A DNA stretch of 61,040 bases, filler included. It is 8 parts of 8 records of this genome, joined end to end, with 100 filler letters (N's around TTAATTAATTAA, not from the genome) between each part and the next. Parts side by side here need not be neighbours in the genome. Positions count along the whole stretch, not along the records: positions 34,845 to 43,127 come from SRR31156797_23592; positions 43,228 to 49,043 come from SRR31156797_23596; 6 more parts are not named here. One strand, given 5' to 3'. Below the pieces are notes generated by a model. It had not been told where the DNA came from and ran no database searches. It saw only the letters and a program-made list of their open reading frames with translations. Numbering within the stretch: position 1 is the first letter of the stretch; each line of letters starts with the position of its first letter. Of the stretch, positions 36,452 through 46,936 are shown in pieces. Position numbers and translations under genes: made by a program.

Positions 36452-39265
36452 TTATAATTCAATTAAAATTGGGTCTCCTAATCCTATGTTTTTAAGGGGT
36501 TCAAGTTGTGTTTCAGCATCTCCAACAACTACATAATACATATTTTCAGGATGAATTAATTTCTGTGCCAATTGTTTGTGTTGGTCTGCAGTTAGCGTTT
36601 TTATAAAATTTTCCTGTTGTTTTATATAATCGAAAGGTAAATCATATGCACTAATATTTGTCAAAATACTGTGCAGTGCGCCCAATGTTTCGAATTCGCG
36701 GGCATTCGATTTTATAAGTGCATTTTTTGTGAAATCCAGATCTTCATCGGCAATTCCATTTCTGTATTTTTCCATTTCTGTTTTGAAAATTTGTACCGAC
36801 TCTTCTGTTGCAGTTGAACGAACACTGGCAGTAGCTACAAAATAACCATAATTTTTACCGGCAGAGAAATTGGTTCTTGCGCCATAAGTATATCCTTTCT
36901 CCTCGCGAAGAATCATATTTACAATTCCATTAAAACTTCCGCCAAGTTTATAGTTCATTACCGTTGCCGGATGAAAATCCTGTGAAGTTTGTGGAATTGA
37001 TGGTTCTCCAATATTTATAACCGATTGTTTTGCTCCCGGAACATCGACAAAATAGATTTTTGATTCTTTGGGAGTTTCCGGTTGCGGTATATCGGGAATC
37101 TCTACATTAAAAGCTTCCCAGTTTTCTGAAAGGCTTTGTAAACCATTTTTAACACGATCTTTATCAATTTTACCTACTACATGCATTCGCGCTACCGATG
37201 GAGAAACTGTTTTTGCATAAAACGCTTTTAAGTCATCAATTGTTATCGATTCGATGGTTTCTACAGTTCCACCAGAAGGGATCGAAAGAATATTGTCTTC
37301 ACCAAAAACCAACTTGTTAAATGCAACATATGCGAGGTAATCGGGATTCGACTCGTTTCGTTTAACATAATTTATCATTCTTGCTTTAACCAGTTCAAAT
37401 TGTTCTTCGTCCCAGCGGGGTTGTAATAGAATTTCTTCGACCAGTGCCATTGTTTTTTCATAATTCCGGGTCAGGCAATTTACGTACACCTGCATCCTTT
37501 CAGAACTCGCACTTACATTTATCCTGGCGCCTAATAAATCAATCTCTTCTTCGAGTTCTTCGGGTGTTTTATTTTCTGTACCTTCCATTAGCATACTTGC
37601 CATAAAACTGGCAATTCCAGCTTTTTCTTTTTGCTCCAGAATATGACCTCCATCTAATGTAATCGAATACTGAATTAAAGGAAGTTCGTTGTGTTCAATT
37701 CCGTATATTTCTATTCCATTTTCGGTATTATCAGTCCACACTTCCGGAATACTTATTTCAGGTTGAGAACCCTTCAAAGGTTCTTTCGTTCTGTCTATTT
37801 TTGTTGGCGATTTTTTAATTTCTTCTTCTTCTGAAATGGCTGACTGATCGACTTCTGTAGCAGCTAAAATGTCTTCTTCAACAATCCCTGCATCAACCGA
37901 GTTTTCAGTAATAAGATTAAGTTGACCTTTTGGAACAAAACAGGTAGAAAGGAATGGTTTATCTTTTATGTATTTGTTGTACACTCTCAGAATGTCATCG
38001 ATGGAAACAGCTTGAATATTGGTTATGTCTTGCTCGATATAACCTGGCGAGCCGGCATATTCGTTATAACTGGCCAGCTGAAACGATTTATTTAAAACCG
38101 AACTTATTCCATTATAAAACTGAGTTTCCAATCCTGCTTTGTTTTTTTCCAAATCTTTTTCAGTAATTCCTTCTTCTTCAAAAAGTTTAAAAGCTTCAAA
38201 AACAGCATTCTCTACTTCGGCCATGTTGGTGCCTGCGTTGGCATTTACCGAAATGGTAAACTGACCTGCTATTTCCATTGCCCGATTGTAAACATTTGCA
38301 CTTGGTGCCAGTTTTTTATCTTTTACAATTACACGGTAGAAAGGCGATTTTTTGTCGCTACTTAAAATCTGACCTAAAAAGCGCAAAGCATAAGCATCCT
38401 TATTATATTCTTCAACAGTAGGCCAAACCATGGTTAAAAGTGGTGTTTTTGCAAAATTATCTTCGTGATATAATTTGATAGTTTCTTCAAGTTGAACATG
38501 CTGTGGTTCCAGATCTTCAACTTTATCTGTTCCGGTAATTTCACCAAAGTATTTTTCTATTAGCGGTTTAACTTCATCGAAATCAAAATCGCCGGCAATT
38601 GATAAGGTGGTATTGCCTGGAATATAATATGTTGAATGAAATTTCTTAACATCTTCAACTGTGGCATTAAATAAATCTTCCATTTCGCCGATAACGGTCC
38701 AGCTATATGGATGCCCCTCGGGATAAAGATTCTTTGCAATTAGTTCATTGTTAAATCCGTAGGGCCGATTATCAACCGATTGTCGTTTCTCGTTTTGTAC
38801 CACATTTTGTTGATTGGCAAAAGCCGATTTTGTAACCGTGTTTTCCAAATAACCCATTCTGTCCGATTCGAGCCAAAGTACCATTTCCAGTGCATTTTTG
38901 GGTACTACCTCGTAATAAATGGTTTGATCGTTTCCGGTTCCTCCATTTAATGTTCCGCCGGCTTCCTGAATTTTCTTAAAGAATTGGTCTTGTCCAACAT
39001 TTTCAGATTGTTGAAACATCATGTGTTCGAATAAATGTGCAAATCCGGTTTTCCCGGGTACTTCGCGGTTAGAACCAACATGGTACAAAATAGCAACTGC
39101 TACAATAGGATCAGAGTTGTCCTGATGCAAAATGATATCAAGTCCGTTTTCCAATTGATATTGCTCATACGAAATTGATAATTTTTCATCGGAACCTGTG
39201 TTGGTTGTGCATGAAAATACACTGGCAATAAATACAAATGCAATTAATAGGTTAATTTTTTTCAT
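36452..39265 (-). CDS. M16 (PqqL/pitrilysin-like) zinc protease, lipoprotein
   Basis: MKKIN...VFSC lipobox; GFAHLFEHMMF (HxxEH); two-half architecture; LREEKGYTYGA. Confidence 0.92.
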   Translation of the reverse strand: MKKINLLIAFVFIASVFSCTTNTGSDEKLSISYEQYQLENGLDIILHQDNSDPIVAVAILYHVGSNREVPGKTGFAHLFEHMMFQQSENVGQDQFFKKIQEAGGTLNGGTGNDQTIYYEVVPKNALEMVLWLESDRMGYLENTVTKSAFANQQNVVQNEKRQSVDNRPYGFNNELIAKNLYPEGHPYSWTVIGEMEDLFNATVEDVKKFHSTYYIPGNTTLSIAGDFDFDEVKPLIEKYFGEITGTDKVEDLEPQHVQLEETIKLYHEDNFAKTPLLTMVWPTVEEYNKDAYALRFLGQILSSDKKSPFYRVIVKDKKLAPSANVYNRAMEIAGQFTISVNANAGTNMAEVENAVFEAFKLFEEEGITEKDLEKNKAGLETQFYNGISSVLNKSFQLASYNEYAGSPGYIEQDITNIQAVSIDDILRVYNKYIKDKPFLSTCFVPKGQLNLITENSVDAGIVEEDILAATEVDQSAISEEEEIKKSPTKIDRTKEPLKGSQPEISIPEVWTDNTENGIEIYGIEHNELPLIQYSITLDGGHILEQKEKAGIASFMASMLMEGTENKTPEELEEEIDLLGARINVSASSERMQVYVNCLTRNYEKTMALVEEILLQPRWDEEQFELVKARMINYVKRNESNPDYLAYVAFNKLVFGEDNILSIPSGGTVETIESITIDDLKAFYAKTVSPSVARMHVVGKIDKDRVKNGLQSLSENWEAFNVEIPDIPQPETPKESKIYFVDVPGAKQSVINIGEPSIPQTSQDFHPATVMNYKLGGSFNGIVNMILREEKGYTYGARTNFSAGKNYGYFVATASVRSTATEESVQIFKTEMEKYRNGIADEDLDFTKNALIKSNAREFETLGALHSILTNISAYDLPFDYIKQQENFIKTLTADQHKQLAQKLIHPENMYYVVVGDAETQLEPLKNIGLGDPILIEL

Positions 39266-39445
39266 AATGTAATGAATGGAATTTTTATTGATTTTTGAAT
39301 TTCTTACTAAATTAAGATAAATGCAATTTACTTTAAAGGAAATGAGCATTAAAAATCAATAATTTCTATTTCTAATAGTTAATATTGATGATTAAAATAG
39401 AAACATATACAGATATTTGTTGTTTTAAATTTTAGAATTAACAGA

Positions 39446-39697
39446 ATGATAGCATTTTTTCAAAAAAATAAATTAGTAATACTGTTTTCAGTAGTTGGAG
39501 CTTTTGGTGGTTTTTTATACTGGAAATTTATAGGATGCCAAAGCGGAACATGTGCCATAAAATCGGTTTGGTACTGGAGTACTTTGTGGGGAGGTGCAGT
39601 TGGTTATCTTGTTGGTGATTTTATAAAAGATTTTCTGAATAAAAGGAGAAAGAAAAAGGAGGAGGAAAGTGAACGCAAAATTTCAGAACATAATTAA
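39446..39697 (+). CDS. DUF6132 family small membrane protein
   Basis: GGFLYWKFIGCQSGTCAI; overlaps the thioredoxin start. Confidence 0.8.
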   Translation: MIAFFQKNKLVILFSVVGAFGGFLYWKFIGCQSGTCAIKSVWYWSTLWGGAVGYLVGDFIKDFLNKRRKKKEEESERKISEHN

Positions 39698-39971
39698 TTC
39701 AAAAAAGCCGGTTTTAGTTGATTTCTATGCCGACTGGTGTGGACCCTGCAAGCAGGTTCCCCCCATTTTGAAACAAGTAAAGGAAGAACTAAAAGAGAGT
39801 GTTCGAATAATCAAAGTAAACGTTGATAAAAATCCGTTTATTGCAACAAAATACCAAATCAGAAGTATACCCACAATTATTGTTTTTAAAGATGGAATGC
39901 CTAAGTGGACGGGAGTTGGAGTGAGGCGTGCCAGCGAGTTAAAAGAAATTATTCAGGATATCACTGATTAA
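39669..39971 (+). CDS. trxA: Thioredoxin
   Basis: VLVDFYADWCGPCK, IRSIPT. Confidence 0.93.
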   Translation: MNAKFQNIINSKKPVLVDFYADWCGPCKQVPPILKQVKEELKESVRIIKVNVDKNPFIATKYQIRSIPTIIVFKDGMPKWTGVGVRRASELKEIIQDITD

Positions 39972-40213
39972 TTATTGTTATGATTTTGTAATTGCTGACA
40001 TTTTTACATCTTTTCTTTATTTCTTATTTTTATTTCGAAAATAATTTTGAGGTCTGAGTTTAACCGAACTTTGGTAAAACCATTTCCATTTTTAATTTAA
40101 TCTTTTATTAATTGCAATTTCGTTTTCTTATTATTGAAATAATGAAATTGATTTAATATTAATAGATTGAAGTATTATCTTTATCCTTCTAAATCAAACT
40201 AAGCAATAAAATT

Positions 40214-41539
40214 ATGAGGAGATACCTTTATTTTGTAACATTTGTAGCCGCATTGGGCGGTTTAATGTTTGGATTTGAAACAGCGGTTATAAATGGTGCC
40301 ATTTATTATGTAGCCGATCATTTTCAGTTAAATGAATTTATGAAAGGCCTGGTAGTAAGTGTAGCACTTGCAGGTTGTGTAATTGGAGCTTTATTTATTG
40401 GAAAACCGGGCGATAAATATGGTCGACGGTATATGTTGAAAATTATGGCGGCTCTGTTTCTGTTGTCGATGCTTGGTGCCGGACTTGCAAGTAATATCTG
40501 GATTTTTGTTTTTGCCCGTTTAATAGGTGGAATTGCAGTTGGAGGTGCGTCGGTTTTAACGCCCATGTATATTTCTGAGGTTTCTCCGCCAAAACTTCGT
40601 GGTCGTTTAGTCGCCACAAACCAGCTTGCCGTTGTAACAGGAATTTTAATTGCCTTTTTCTCCGATTATATGATTGATTCTATATTACACGGAAGTTGGC
40701 GTTGGATGTTTCTGGCCGGAGTTATACCTTCTGCTATTTTGTGGGGGCTTCTATTTTTTATTTCCCGCAGTCCGCGCTGGCTGGTAAAAGTTGGAGAAGA
40801 AGATGAAGCATTGCAGGTTATAAAACGTGTTAATCCGAATGAAAATGCAGAAGAACTGTTGTTTTCAATAAAAGATTCTTTAAAGGAAGAAGCGGTAATT
40901 AAAAAAGTATCGTTATTCAAAAGACCCTATTTGCGACTTGCGATAATTGGTATTGCTGTTGGAATGTTTAACCAGCTTGCCGGTATTAATGTAATTATGT
41001 ATTATTCGACTGATATTTTCAGAGAGGCAGGATTTTCGGGAGAAGCGGCATTGTTACAGTCGGTTGTGGTTGGATTTACAAATCTTATTTTTACAATAAT
41101 TGCCATGTCGATTATCGATAAGTTTGGACGGAAGTTCTTACTCTATGTTGGTTCAGTGGGGATGACCGTATTTTTAGGAATTTTCAGTTGGGCATTTATT
41201 ACCGATAATAATTCAGGCTTTATTCTTATTACGCTGCTGGTTGGTTACATAGCCTTTTTTGCTTTTTCCCAGGGGGCGGTTATTTGGGTTATACTTTCCG
41301 AAATGTTTCCAAACAGTGTACGTGCCAAAGGAACAGCGGCAGGTTCGTTTTCGCACTGGTTTTTTAATTTCGTAATTGCTCTGCTATTTCCAATAATATC
41401 GGCAAAAATTGGTGTCGGTTATGTTTTTGTGTTTTTTACTGTGGCAACACTTTTAAGCATTCTGTTTTACAAATATGCATTAATTGAAACCAAAGGAAAA
41501 TCGCTTGAAGAAATTGAGAAAATGATGTTAAAGAAATAA
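40214..41539 (+). CDS. Sugar porter family MFS transporter (XylE/AraE-like)
   Basis: LGGLMFGFETAVING, DKYGRR, PMYISEVSP..RG, SPRWL, QLAGINVIMYY, DKFGRK, SEMFP, ETKGKSLEEI. Confidence 0.93.
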   Translation: MRRYLYFVTFVAALGGLMFGFETAVINGAIYYVADHFQLNEFMKGLVVSVALAGCVIGALFIGKPGDKYGRRYMLKIMAALFLLSMLGAGLASNIWIFVFARLIGGIAVGGASVLTPMYISEVSPPKLRGRLVATNQLAVVTGILIAFFSDYMIDSILHGSWRWMFLAGVIPSAILWGLLFFISRSPRWLVKVGEEDEALQVIKRVNPNENAEELLFSIKDSLKEEAVIKKVSLFKRPYLRLAIIGIAVGMFNQLAGINVIMYYSTDIFREAGFSGEAALLQSVVVGFTNLIFTIIAMSIIDKFGRKFLLYVGSVGMTVFLGIFSWAFITDNNSGFILITLLVGYIAFFAFSQGAVIWVILSEMFPNSVRAKGTAAGSFSHWFFNFVIALLFPIISAKIGVGYVFVFFTVATLLSILFYKYALIETKGKSLEEIEKMMLKK

Positions 41540-41562
41540 TATATTTAAAACCTTAAAAGAAA

Positions 41563-41603
41563 GATTCCATCCGTCAACCGATAGATGGAATCCTTTTTTT
41601 TTT
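41563..41603 (+). terminator. Rho-independent terminator between convergent genes
   Basis: GATTCCATC-loop-GATGGAATC followed by a T10 tract. Confidence 0.8.
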
Positions 41604-41618
41604 GAGGGATATTTCTGG

Positions 41619-42473
41619 TTACATGGTTTTTATTTCATTATAAACCGATTCAACTAATCTTGCTTCATTTTCGTTAAAAACCGATTGAGTTTCTTCCAGT
41701 GTTTTACCTTCTGAAACCAGATTTTTTACTTTTTCCTGAAATGCAGTAATTTCTGTTAAATGCTTTTCTATATCGTCTCGTGTTTTTGTTTCTGCATGTC
41801 CGCTGCAAAATTTTTCTGCATCAAGAACAGCCAGCATTTTTTTTGTGGTTTTTACATGCTCAAAAGAGTTTCCGCCTTTGTATGAATGAATTAGTTGCGG
41901 TCTTCCAAAAAATACCTGGTCGCCAATAAATGCTGTTTTTTCTTCAGGGAAGTAAACTACGATATCGCCGGTTGTATGGCCAACTCCAAAATAATACAAT
42001 TCAATGGTTTTATTTCCCAGGTGTAATTTCATTTTATCGTTGAAAGTAATTTCAGGAATAAAATTTTGTAATTTTTCATCAAGCCACATTGAAGGTGAAC
42101 CGTCGCGTCCGGTATGCATAAATTCATTACGGCAATTTTCGTGTGCAATAATAGTTACATTTTCAGGGAAAAACTGATTTCCATTAATATGGTCACCATC
42201 GCTGTGGGTATTAATTAGCTTGGTAATTGGTTTGTCTGTAACTTTTTTTACGGCTTCAAAAATGCCATCTACTGAAGCTTTGTCCATTTTCGAATCAATT
42301 ATCACAACTTCATTTTCGCCAATGTACATGCCTCCGTTTGCGCCTCTTCCTCCCATTATTTGGTATAAATTATCCGATATCTTTTCAAGCGAAACCGGAG
42401 GAGTTTCCTGCTCCTGAGCAAAAAGAAACAGGGTAATAAAGATTGAAATGAATGATAAATAGAATGTTTTCAT
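41619..42473 (-). CDS. Secreted MBL-fold metallo-hydrolase (cyclase-like)
   Basis: Signal peptide; IIDS, NTHSDGDHINGN, GHTTGD, FIGD, SGH. Confidence 0.85.
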   Translation of the reverse strand: MKTFYLSFISIFITLFLFAQEQETPPVSLEKISDNLYQIMGGRGANGGMYIGENEVVIIDSKMDKASVDGIFEAVKKVTDKPITKLINTHSDGDHINGNQFFPENVTIIAHENCRNEFMHTGRDGSPSMWLDEKLQNFIPEITFNDKMKLHLGNKTIELYYFGVGHTTGDIVVYFPEEKTAFIGDQVFFGRPQLIHSYKGGNSFEHVKTTKKMLAVLDAEKFCSGHAETKTRDDIEKHLTEITAFQEKVKNLVSEGKTLEETQSVFNENEARLVESVYNEIKTM

Positions 42474-42691
42474 TTGTTCGTTTTTTTAGTTTTGGAATTA
42501 TTGCCTAAGATAATAATTTTTAAAATGTTATGCTGAAAATATTAAAAGCAGGAAGTCGAATTTTGAAATAATGTTCAATTGATTGTGTTTCAGTAAGAAT
42601 GGTGTGATAATAATCAGAAAAAAAAGATGGATTTAAAATTTTACATTTTAAAGAAATTTACAAAATTTGAAGGGTGTTATGGCTATAAAGT

Positions 42692-42699
42692 TAACTTTG
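42692..42699 (+). promoter_or_regulatory. Bacteroidota -7 element
   Basis: TAACTTTG with TTTG at 42666; supports a start at ATG 42726. Confidence 0.5.
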
Positions 42700-42725
42700 C
42701 ATTTGGTGTATTATTAAGAATTGGT

Positions 42726-43106
42726 ATGAATTCAATTTCGTTAACAGGCGCTTTTATCATAACTCTTTCGTTGCTTTCGTACGGAATAGGAAGTATTTCG
42801 TTGCAACGGTTTAAAATGGTTTCGCCAGGTGTTCTTATATTTCTATCGTTAGGCGTTGTTTTCGATATTATCGCTACCGTTTTAATGATTGTCGGGTCAC
42901 AAAATTCTGCTTTTACTTTACATGGATTTTTAGGCTATACTGCACTATTAGGAATGCTAATAGACGTAATTTTTGTTTGGAGAACATATTTGAAATATAA
43001 AATAAATGCTGTAATTAGTGGCAAATTGCATTTTTATTCAAAAGTGGCTTATGGCTGGTGGGTAATCGCTTATTTAACAGGAAGTATTTTGGTAATTTGG
43101 AGATAA
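42726..43106 (+). CDS. Four-TM membrane protein (HsmA/DUF420-like)
   Basis: Four hydrophobic helices; FDIIATVLM, TLHGFLGYTAL, AYGWWVIAY. Confidence 0.55.
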   Translation: MNSISLTGAFIITLSLLSYGIGSISLQRFKMVSPGVLIFLSLGVVFDIIATVLMIVGSQNSAFTLHGFLGYTALLGMLIDVIFVWRTYLKYKINAVISGKLHFYSKVAYGWWVIAYLTGSILVIWR

Positions 43107-43127
43107 ATTAGAAATGGCAAACGATTG

Positions 43128-43227
43128 NNNNNNNNNNNNNNNNNNNNNNNNNNNNNNNNNNNNNNNNNNNNTTAATTAATTAANNNNNNNNNNNNNNNNN
43201 NNNNNNNNNNNNNNNNNNNNNNNNNNN
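43128..43227. other. Artificial contig spacer
   Basis: N44-TTAATTAATTAA-N44. Confidence 0.98.
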
Positions 43228-43228
43228 G

Positions 43229-43816
43229 GATGATGAGTTTATTGAAGAGTTTGCAAACAATCCAAAAATATGTAAGTCTATCCATGTCCCTTTACAAGCT
43301 GGAAATACACGAGTATTAAAAGATATGAAAAGGGGATATACAAAAGAGTGGTTTTTAAATCGTTGTGAAAAGATTCGCTCACTTGTTCCTGATGTACGAA
43401 TTAGTACAGATATTATTGTAGGATTTCCTGGGGAAAGTGATGAGGAGTTTTTAGATACTCTTGATGTGATTGAAAAAGTAAGGTTTGAGACCATCTATAA
43501 TTTTAAATATTCCCCTAGACCACATACTCCAGCACAAAATATGCCAAATCAGATTCCTGATGAGATCTCAAGTGAGCGACTTCAAAGGGTGATTGAGCTT
43601 AATAAAGAGCATCAAGATGAGGTGATGAGTAGCTATATAGGAAAAACTTTTGAGGTGATGTTTGAAGATCTAAAACCAAATGGAGAAGTGTTTGGATATA
43701 GTGATAACTATACAGGAGTTTTTGTAAAAGGAAGCGAAGAGTTACTTGGTCAAATATTATCTGTAAAGATCACAGAATCTTTTAGAACATCATTAAAAGG
43801 GGAAGTGGTACACTAA
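43229..43816 (+). CDS. miaB: tRNA methylthiotransferase MiaB, C-terminal part (5'-truncated)
   Basis: IHVPLQAG...MKRGY, STDIIVGFPGES, FKYSPRPHT, C-terminal TRAM domain. Confidence 0.9.
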   Translation, partial: DDEFIEEFANNPKICKSIHVPLQAGNTRVLKDMKRGYTKEWFLNRCEKIRSLVPDVRISTDIIVGFPGESDEEFLDTLDVIEKVRFETIYNFKYSPRPHTPAQNMPNQIPDEISSERLQRVIELNKEHQDEVMSSYIGKTFEVMFEDLKPNGEVFGYSDNYTGVFVKGSEELLGQILSVKITESFRTSLKGEVVH

Positions 43817-43821
43817 CCCTT

Positions 43822-44451
43822 ATGAAGAAAAAGATAAAACACTACTTTCAAACTGTTCTATTTCCATTTATTATGCAGTTAATAGTACGTTTTATTTATT
43901 TTACTAACAAAAAGATCTATCATCATAGCTCCTTTGATCAAAGTAAAAACTACGTAGTAGCTTTTTGGCATGGTGATCTTTTAATGCAGCCATTTAATTA
44001 TAAAAAATTTAGACCTAATAATGAAATAAGAGCAATGATCAGTGAACATAGAGATGGGGAAAGTATCCAAAAAACAGTTGCTTTTTTAGGGATTGGATCG
44101 ATTACTGGATCAAGTTCTCGTGGTGGTGCAAAAGCTTTGATCACTGCTATAAAAACTTTAAAAAATGGGGTAGATGTGGCGATCACTCCTGATGGTCCAA
44201 GAGGTCCAATTTATAGTGTAGCAGATGGAATAGTTGCAATTTCTCAAAAAACAAAATCATCGATTCTTCCTATTAGCTCAAAGCCCTCAAAATACTGGAA
44301 GATGAGATCTTGGGATAAGTTTATTGTTCCAAAACCTTTTGGTACGATAGAGTTTTTTGTAGGTGAGCCTTTTGATGTGGAAGGTTTAGAGATGGAAGAA
44401 GCAAAAAAACTTATCTTAAAAAAGATGATGGAAAATCAGCTGGATAAATAA
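43822..44451 (+). CDS. DUF374 lysophospholipid-acyltransferase-like protein
   Basis: AFWHG, ISEHRDGE, GSSSRGG, ITPDGPRGP, SWDKF.VPKPFG. Confidence 0.88.
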   Translation: MKKKIKHYFQTVLFPFIMQLIVRFIYFTNKKIYHHSSFDQSKNYVVAFWHGDLLMQPFNYKKFRPNNEIRAMISEHRDGESIQKTVAFLGIGSITGSSSRGGAKALITAIKTLKNGVDVAITPDGPRGPIYSVADGIVAISQKTKSSILPISSKPSKYWKMRSWDKFIVPKPFGTIEFFVGEPFDVEGLEMEEAKKLILKKMMENQLDK

Positions 44452-44456
44452 GTAGT

Positions 44457-45293
44457 ATGATCAAAGAGGATTTTGAAACTTATTTAGAAGGATTTTGTGA
44501 GTACTTAGAAAAACTTAAAAACTATTCCCCTTTAACAGTAAAAACTTATAAAACTCCTATTTCAAAAGCAATTGAATTGAGTGAACTTTATGAAGAAGAG
44601 CAGGGAATTATCTTTGATATTACAAAGTATCGATTTAAGATCGCTTCACAAAATCCAAAAACGATCAATAAAAAACTCTCAGCCTTAAATAGTTTTATAG
44701 AGTATTTAGAGACAAAAGATATAAAAGTCCATCTAAAAGGGGCTAAAAGTATTAAGATAGCTTCAACTCTTCCAAAGCCAGTACAGACTAAAAATATTTT
44801 TGAAGTATTAGAAGAGACCACTTTGGAAGAGAAAGTGGTGATCGTCGCTATTTATTCTTTTGGTCTTCGTATCGCAGAACTTGCTTCATTAAAACTTGAA
44901 AATATCAAATCAAGTTCCATTAGTGTGATAGGAAAAGGGAATAAACAAAGAGAGATACCTACAAATAGTTATATCAATGATCTTTTAGATGAATATATCA
45001 AAACATTTTTACCAAAAGTATATCTTTTTGAAAAAGAATCAAGTGAGCCTATGAGTATAAGACAACTACAGTATAAGGTGGAAAAAGCATTTAAAAAAAT
45101 AGGGATAAAAGTGACTCCCCATCAGCTGAGGCACTCTTTTGCAACGGATCTTTTAAATGATGGAGCAAGGATCAATGATATTAGTGAACTCCTAGGACAT
45201 AGCTCACTCAAAGCAACAGGGATTTATACTAAATTAAACACAAATACAAAGTTAAAACAGTATAATATGTCTCATCCATTAAATAAAAAGTAG
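44457..45293 (+). CDS. XerC/D-like tyrosine recombinase
   Basis: YSPLTVKTY; catalytic set GLRIAEL, GKGNKQR, TPHQLRHSFAT, LLGHSSL, TGIYT. Confidence 0.9.
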   Translation: MIKEDFETYLEGFCEYLEKLKNYSPLTVKTYKTPISKAIELSELYEEEQGIIFDITKYRFKIASQNPKTINKKLSALNSFIEYLETKDIKVHLKGAKSIKIASTLPKPVQTKNIFEVLEETTLEEKVVIVAIYSFGLRIAELASLKLENIKSSSISVIGKGNKQREIPTNSYINDLLDEYIKTFLPKVYLFEKESSEPMSIRQLQYKVEKAFKKIGIKVTPHQLRHSFATDLLNDGARINDISELLGHSSLKATGIYTKLNTNTKLKQYNMSHPLNKK

Positions 45294-45301
45294 GGGATAT
45301 A

Positions 45302-46936
45302 ATGTTTGGCTCAAAGAAAAAACAGTTTGTAAGTATTGTAAAGCAAGATAAGCAATTAAAAGTTAATTACAAAATACTACAAGATAATAAGATCTTTAAA
45401 GAAGAGAACTCCACTTTTGTAGCAGCTGAGCCAACAATGCCAAAAGATGCTCTTATAAAACTAGATGTTTTACAAAAAGATATTCCCCATACTTATTTAA
45501 TCTCTATCTATGACCAAGCTACCCAAAAAGTACTTCCAACGAGTGAAATAGATGTAATCTCCTATGAGTCTGTAAAACTTGATTCTACGACTAGTGTAGC
45601 CGTTGCTAAAAATGAGCTGGCTTCTTATAATCGTTATTTTGCCAATAGTGGAATTGATTATTTGATCTCCCCTTTTTCAATTATTAGTGAATATACAAAA
45701 GAACTTGGGGTAAAAAATAGTTTAAATGTGTTTATCCATAATAATGTTTTATATATGGTTTTTCTTGATGGGGAGCAAAAGATAGCACATGCTAAAACAG
45801 AAGCTTTAACACCTTTTGAAAAAATCAAGCAAGAGCAGTTTAGTGAAGATGAGATTGTAGATCAAAAGTTGTATGATGAGGTTTCATTTTTAGAAATACA
45901 ACAGTTTTTAAATGATGCTATAGAGGAATACTATGAACTAAAAGAGGATGTAGAGTTTTTAGAAGGGATGAAGTTTTTATATACTTTAAGTCCTTTTAGT
46001 AATGATCAAATGGAATCTTTACATGATGCTTTGATGGTAGAGATCGAGTATGAACCTTTAGAGCTGCAACGCTATTTAGATAAATTTATTCAAAAAGAGA
46101 GTTTAGAGAGTTTAAGCCTTTTAAAACCACGAGCTAAAGTTGCTCCAAAATCTATGAAAGGGTGGACTTTTTTAACGATTTTAAGTTTAATAGCTGTGAT
46201 TGCAGTAGTCTATTTTAAACTAGATGATTCTATTATGATGGAAGAGCAAACAGCAAAGCAGGCTCAAAATGTACAAAAAGAAGTGGTGGAAGTAAAACAA
46301 GAGATAGAGACTTTAGAAAAAAATATCCCACTTACTTTACCAAATCATACCATGCTCAATCGAAGTATACTTGAGAGAATCAATATGCATTTTGATATCA
46401 TCCCATATGATGCGATTTTAAAAGATCTAGAACTTTTAGAAGAGAGTTCAACTTTTGTTACCTATTTTGCAGTTCCAACAACAGCAGTTGAAGATATGCA
46501 AACAAAACTTTTAAATATTTACAAAGATTCAAAAGTGCTTTTAAAGCACCAAAATAAAGCTCTTTTAAATGTGATCATTGAAAACAATGGTTTAGTAGTT
46601 GATATGAAAACAATTCCATATGCTAGATATAATAAAGATGAATATCTTTCCATAGGAAAAGCTACAGAATATATTACGAAGTTATTGCCTTTACAATCCT
46701 CTATGAAGTTTTTAAAAAAAGAACAAAAAGAGAATTTAGAGTATCAGTTTACAGTTACTTCTATAGTAAAAACTCCTGATGAATTTTTTAACTTAATCAA
46801 CAAACTGAGTGGAGAGATCCATAGTGTTTATATACAATATCCAATTGTTTTTTCAAAACTCAATGAGGGGATAGAGGTAAAATATATTATTACTCTTTTT
46901 CAGGCTCCAAAAGAGAGTCCCAAACCAAAAAGTTAA
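45302..46936 (+). CDS. Bitopic membrane protein of unknown function (possible PilM/N/O- or GspL/M-like fusion)
   Basis: About 290-aa soluble N-region, one TM (WTFLTILSLIAVIAVVYF), coiled coil, C-terminal alpha/beta domains. Confidence 0.5.
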   Translation: MFGSKKKQFVSIVKQDKQLKVNYKILQDNKIFKEENSTFVAAEPTMPKDALIKLDVLQKDIPHTYLISIYDQATQKVLPTSEIDVISYESVKLDSTTSVAVAKNELASYNRYFANSGIDYLISPFSIISEYTKELGVKNSLNVFIHNNVLYMVFLDGEQKIAHAKTEALTPFEKIKQEQFSEDEIVDQKLYDEVSFLEIQQFLNDAIEEYYELKEDVEFLEGMKFLYTLSPFSNDQMESLHDALMVEIEYEPLELQRYLDKFIQKESLESLSLLKPRAKVAPKSMKGWTFLTILSLIAVIAVVYFKLDDSIMMEEQTAKQAQNVQKEVVEVKQEIETLEKNIPLTLPNHTMLNRSILERINMHFDIIPYDAILKDLELLEESSTFVTYFAVPTTAVEDMQTKLLNIYKDSKVLLKHQNKALLNVIIENNGLVVDMKTIPYARYNKDEYLSIGKATEYITKLLPLQSSMKFLKKEQKENLEYQFTVTSIVKTPDEFFNLINKLSGEIHSVYIQYPIVFSKLNEGIEVKYIITLFQAPKESPKPKS

